A stretch of DNA of 64,000 bases from Eledone cirrhosa. Lineage: Eukaryota. The notes beneath the pieces are model-generated. The model was not told the origin of the DNA. It did not search any database and worked only from the letters and a program-made list of their open reading frames with translations. The stretch spans positions 156,798,001 through 156,862,000 of the forward strand of contig OZ024741.1 of the NCBI GenBank assembly GCA_964016885.1, given 5' to 3'. This document shows, piece after piece, positions 59,659 to 64,000 of this stretch. The position numbers and the translations under genes are program-made. Within the stretch, counting starts at the first letter, position 1, and each line of letters starts with the position of its first letter.

Positions 59659-61112
59659 GTAAGTATGTATGTATACGTACATACATATATGTATACAGAC
59701 GTACAGTAGCATGTATATATATATATATATATATACATACATGCAGGTACACATACATATATGCACGCATCAGTTTAGCAGGCGCTTATTATAGCGCTGC
59801 TTTGTTCGTTTGTCAACAAACTGAACAGCCTGAATTTATGCCATACGGTGTTAAGGCAACCACGTCACCTTTTTGTTCAACACTGACACAGGAACGATGT
59901 ACTAGTTTCAAGCTTGTTAGCTATCATCAGCACCGTTTACCCATCTGCCAGATAGTTGAACGTTCGAAAGTATATACTTTCCTTATGAAAATTAACGGCT
60001 GAGCAGCCTAATTTGCATATTGAGTGAGTTAAATCGGTCAGGCATACCGAATAAAAATAAGTTGAAAAAAATGAAAACGAAAAACGAAATTTCATTTCTC
60101 ACTCTTAGTATGGCACTTACTTAAATGTAAGTATGTATGTATACGTACATACATATATGTATACAGACGTACAGTAGCATGTATATATATATATATATAT
60201 ATACATACATGCAGGTACACATACATATATGCACGCATCAGTTTAGCAGGCGCTTATTATAGCGCTGCTTTGTTCGTTTGTCAACAAACTGAACAGCCTG
60301 AATTTATGCCATACGGTGTTAAGGCAACCACGTCACCTTTTTGTTCAACACTGACACAGGAACGATGTACTAGTTTCAAGCTTGTTAGCTATCATCAGCA
60401 CCGTTTACCCATCTGCCAGATAGTTGAACGTTCGAAAGTATATACTTTCCTTATGAAAATTAACGGCTGAGCAGCCTAATTTGCATATTGAGTGAGTTAA
60501 ATCGGTCAGGCATACCGAAAACAATAAGTTGAAAAAAATGAAAACGAAAAACGAAATTTCATTTCTCACTCTTAGTATGGCACTTACTTAAATGTAAGTA
60601 TGTATGTATACGTACATACATATATGTATACAGACGTACAGTAGCATGTATATATATATATATATATATACATACATGTAGGTACACATACATATATGCA
60701 CGCATCAGTTTAGCAGGCGCTTATTATAGCGCTGCTTTGTTCGTTTGTCAACAAACTGAACAGCCTGAATTTATGCCATACGGTGTTAAGGCAACCACGT
60801 CACCTTTTTGTTCAACACTGACACAGGAACGATGTACTAGTTTCAAGCTTGTTAGCTATCATCAGCACCGTTTACCCATCTGCCAGATAGTTGAACGTTC
60901 GAAAGTATATACTTTCCTTATGAAAATTAACGGCTGAGCAGCCTAATTTGCATATTGAGTGAGTTAAATCGGTCAGGCATACCGAAAACAATAAGTTGAA
61001 AAAAATGAAAACGAAAAACGAAATTTCATTTCTCACTCTTAGTATGGCACTTACTTAAATGTAAGTATGTATGTATACGTACATACATATATGTATACAG
61101 ACGTACAGTAGC

Positions 61113-61149
<37 letters not shown>

Positions 61150-61375
61150 CATGCAGGTACACATACATATATGCACGCATCAGTTTAGCAGGCGCTTATT
61201 ATAGCGCTGCTTTGTTCGTTTGTCAACAAACTGAACAGCCTGAATTTATGCCATACGGTGTTAAGGCAACCACGTCACCTTTTTGTTCAACACTGACACA
61301 GGAACGATGTACTAGTTTCAAGCTTGTTAGCTATCATCAGCACCGTTTACCCATATATGTATGTGTACCTGCATG

Positions 61376-61414
<39 letters not shown>

Positions 61415-61533
61415 GCTACTGTACGTCTGTATACATATATGTATGTACGTATACATACATACTTACATTTAAGTAAGTGCCATACTAACAGTGAGAAATG
61501 AAATTTCGTTTTTCGTTTTCATTTTTTTCAACC
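59655..61533 (-). mobile_element. Retrozyme-like tandem array: ~3.6 x 468-bp monomers plus inverted 180-bp arm
   Basis: Identical HHRs on the minus strand at 59894-59936, 60362-60404, 60829-60871 and 61304-61346; inversion at ~61353; (TA)n flanks; no credible ORF. Confidence 0.93.
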
Positions 61534-61567
61534 TATATATATATATATATCTATATATATATATATA

Positions 61568-61625
61568 CAAATAAAATAAAATAAAATAAAATAAAATAAA
61601 ATAAAATAAAATAAAATAAAATAAA
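61568..61625. repeat. (AAAAT)n pentamer microsatellite
   Basis: About 11 units. Confidence 0.95.
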
Positions 61626-61764
61626 AAAATAAATTTACCATTGGTTTATGAATGAATGAAGAATTTACTTACTCATTTCTGTAATTCAGGAGAGTTTATT
61701 TAAATGTGTATAAGTGTGGTAAATATATACATATACACCAGGAACCAATTACGACTTTTTTGAA

Positions 61765-61891
<127 letters not shown>

Positions 61892-62913
61892 AATGGAAGT
61901 TTAGTAAGATGGAAGTTTCGGCTGTAGCCAAGCTAAATATATACAATTAAGAATATGCAGCCAAGATGCAGCCAAGCACTTGATAAGGCTGGAGCTCAGA
62001 TTAATAACATACGTTAGATAGCAAGACAAATTGAAAACTGACCAGGTAAGCCTGACCACAGCAACGAAAAAACTTTTAGGTTAGATAATCTATACATGTC
62101 TATGCATACATATTTTTCTAGAATTGTATGTGCTCACACATATAGATATATACAATTATGCATATATGCAGCTGTAAGTATATAAGAGTATATATATGTG
62201 CGTGCGTGTGTGTGTGTGTACATGTATATGTGTATGAATATATATATATGTGTGTGTATGTATATCTACGTATGGAGGTAAGCCTATATAAGTATATGTA
62301 TGTCTATCTATGTGTGTAAATGTGGCCCTATATATATATACATGTATTTATAAGTGGATAAATGCTGTTTATTTAAATTTGTTTAATATATTCCTAGAAA
62401 AGAAATATAATTGTTTCTACTTTTGGCACAAGGCCAGCAATTACCCAGTACATTACTGGTACTTTATTTTATCGACCCCGTAAGGATGAAAGGCAAAGTT
62501 TACCTCGGCGGGAAAAGAAATATAATGTTCAGAAAAGAAATATAGTGTTCAGGAATTTGTTCACTGTATTTAGAAGTAAATTAATTTTTTAGGGTTTTTG
62601 AATAAACATTTGATTTAAAAGATAATTTTTCCATTTATATACTTCATTATATGTCTGCATTTCCATAACTTTCTCTTCAAACCAATATAACATATAACCA
62701 CATTGAGCTAATTCTCAAAAGACGTGGCAATTACATAATATCATGTATAATTCTCTACTTTCCTTTGAGTCTTCTATATTTAGTTGTACCTTTGCTACTT
62801 ATATATGTACATATATGTATGTGAGGGGGGTATGTGTGTGTATCTCTAATGGTCGTCTGATGAGATGAGACTTCTATGTGATCTGTATTCATTCATTTTC
62901 CTGTATTCGCCCT

Positions 62914-62949
<36 letters not shown>

Positions 62950-63277
62950 GAAGTTGCGTGTGTTGGACTGTTGTTTCTAACCAATACACTCATACCACTT
63001 TTGACTTGTGGCCACGAGGTGATGAATTCATTTTTCTGTGTGAACGTTGGTACTAGGTGTTTGTCGCATTTAATCAGATTCTCTCGCTGATGATGCCCAT
63101 GGATTATCTGTTCGAGAGATATAATTGTTATTGAGGCGGTTTGTATAATATAATTTAATTTAATTTTATCAATCATTCTGTCTGCTTCATGGTTAAATAT
63201 GTAAAACAAATGTGGTCTTTCAACCCTAGTAATATTAGAAACACGATTTACTGTGTTTCTTGCTACATATATATTAT

Positions 63278-63354
<77 letters not shown>

Positions 63355-64000
63355 TATAAATGTATCGAACTAGACAAACTGAGTTTGTGCAAGTACGTTG
63401 CATTTTCCCCCTCGCTCAATGAATTCACGGGACACTTCCGAAGCGTCAGTCCGTGATTCAGAGCGTACACATTTAGTTATTAGTGGTAAGTTCGGGATTA
63501 ATTGCGGGTGTAAACAATTTAGCCCGGACTAAACGAAATCGTTGATTTCTACTCCGTGTCCTGAGCACTGCGGTGTAATAATTGCAACCAGTACACAGAA
63601 GCTACGCATTAAATCCAAAATTATTCGGAAGGAATGGACGCGGCCAGAATCAACACAGAATTATATATATTTAATTATATAATTGACAGCAACAAATTCC
63701 CTAGGTGAATGAAGGCTTCCACCGAAAATCTTAAACTCAATGTATTTCATCACATATCGTGTGAAATGAAACTTCCCAGGTAAATTAAATGGCTCTTAAC
63801 TCCTGGTGCTGACGTGCACTTTTCTGACACATGTAGTGTCTAGGGTATTTTAAACCTAGTGGAGTCTATCCCTTTTCAGTCCGTATAACAGCCAATGTCT
63901 TCCAGAGAAAGAAAGAGAGACTTGGTCGGAAAGGGATAAAGAGAATACAGGAATAATCGACTCAGTACTGTAATGGTTCTTTATTTATCGCTCTTGAAAT

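Noticed and set aside
59802-60937. Three identical 66-aa ORFs (MFVCQQTEQ...)
   Set aside because: By-product of the tandem repeat: non-ATG start, antisense to the ribozyme strand, no recognisable domain.
59655-61352. CRISPR-like or ordinary satellite interpretation
   Set aside because: No unique spacers and a eukaryotic context; dispersed TA-bounded copies with HHRs fit a retro-mobilised RNA better.
62916-63260. Non-repetitive part of the 184-aa minus ORF
   Set aside because: No motif I can recognise; interrupted by TA tracts; cannot be called as an exon or TE protein.

Overview
Eukaryotic, AT-rich and microsatellite-saturated non-coding DNA. The SINE motifs suggest an octopus/coleoid cephalopod (inference). 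No host protein-coding exon can be supported, and almost all ORFs in the track are translations of (TA)n/(TG)n repeats. The real content is a mosaic of Penelope-like retroelement (PLE) copies (RT + GIY-YIG; Naiad-, Neptune- and Poseidon-like), tRNA-derived SINEs, a few DNA-transposon relics, a 5S rRNA pseudogene and a tRNA-like sequence, mostly as modules bounded by (TA)n tracts. Reading the non-coding DNA by eye gives about 30 type I hammerhead ribozyme (HHR) motifs, intact or degenerate. They include a recurring U3-A8 core variant and HHRs with large stem II inserts. Two non-coding tandem families (about 468 and 485 bp) carry one HHR per monomer and are retrozyme-like. About 18 insertions share one architecture: two head-to-head arms, both RNA 3' ends facing outward into (TA)n, with one arm ending at a fixed site A and the other at a fixed site B, usually 40-190 nt further downstream. 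All folds and alignments were done by eye; boundaries are approximate.
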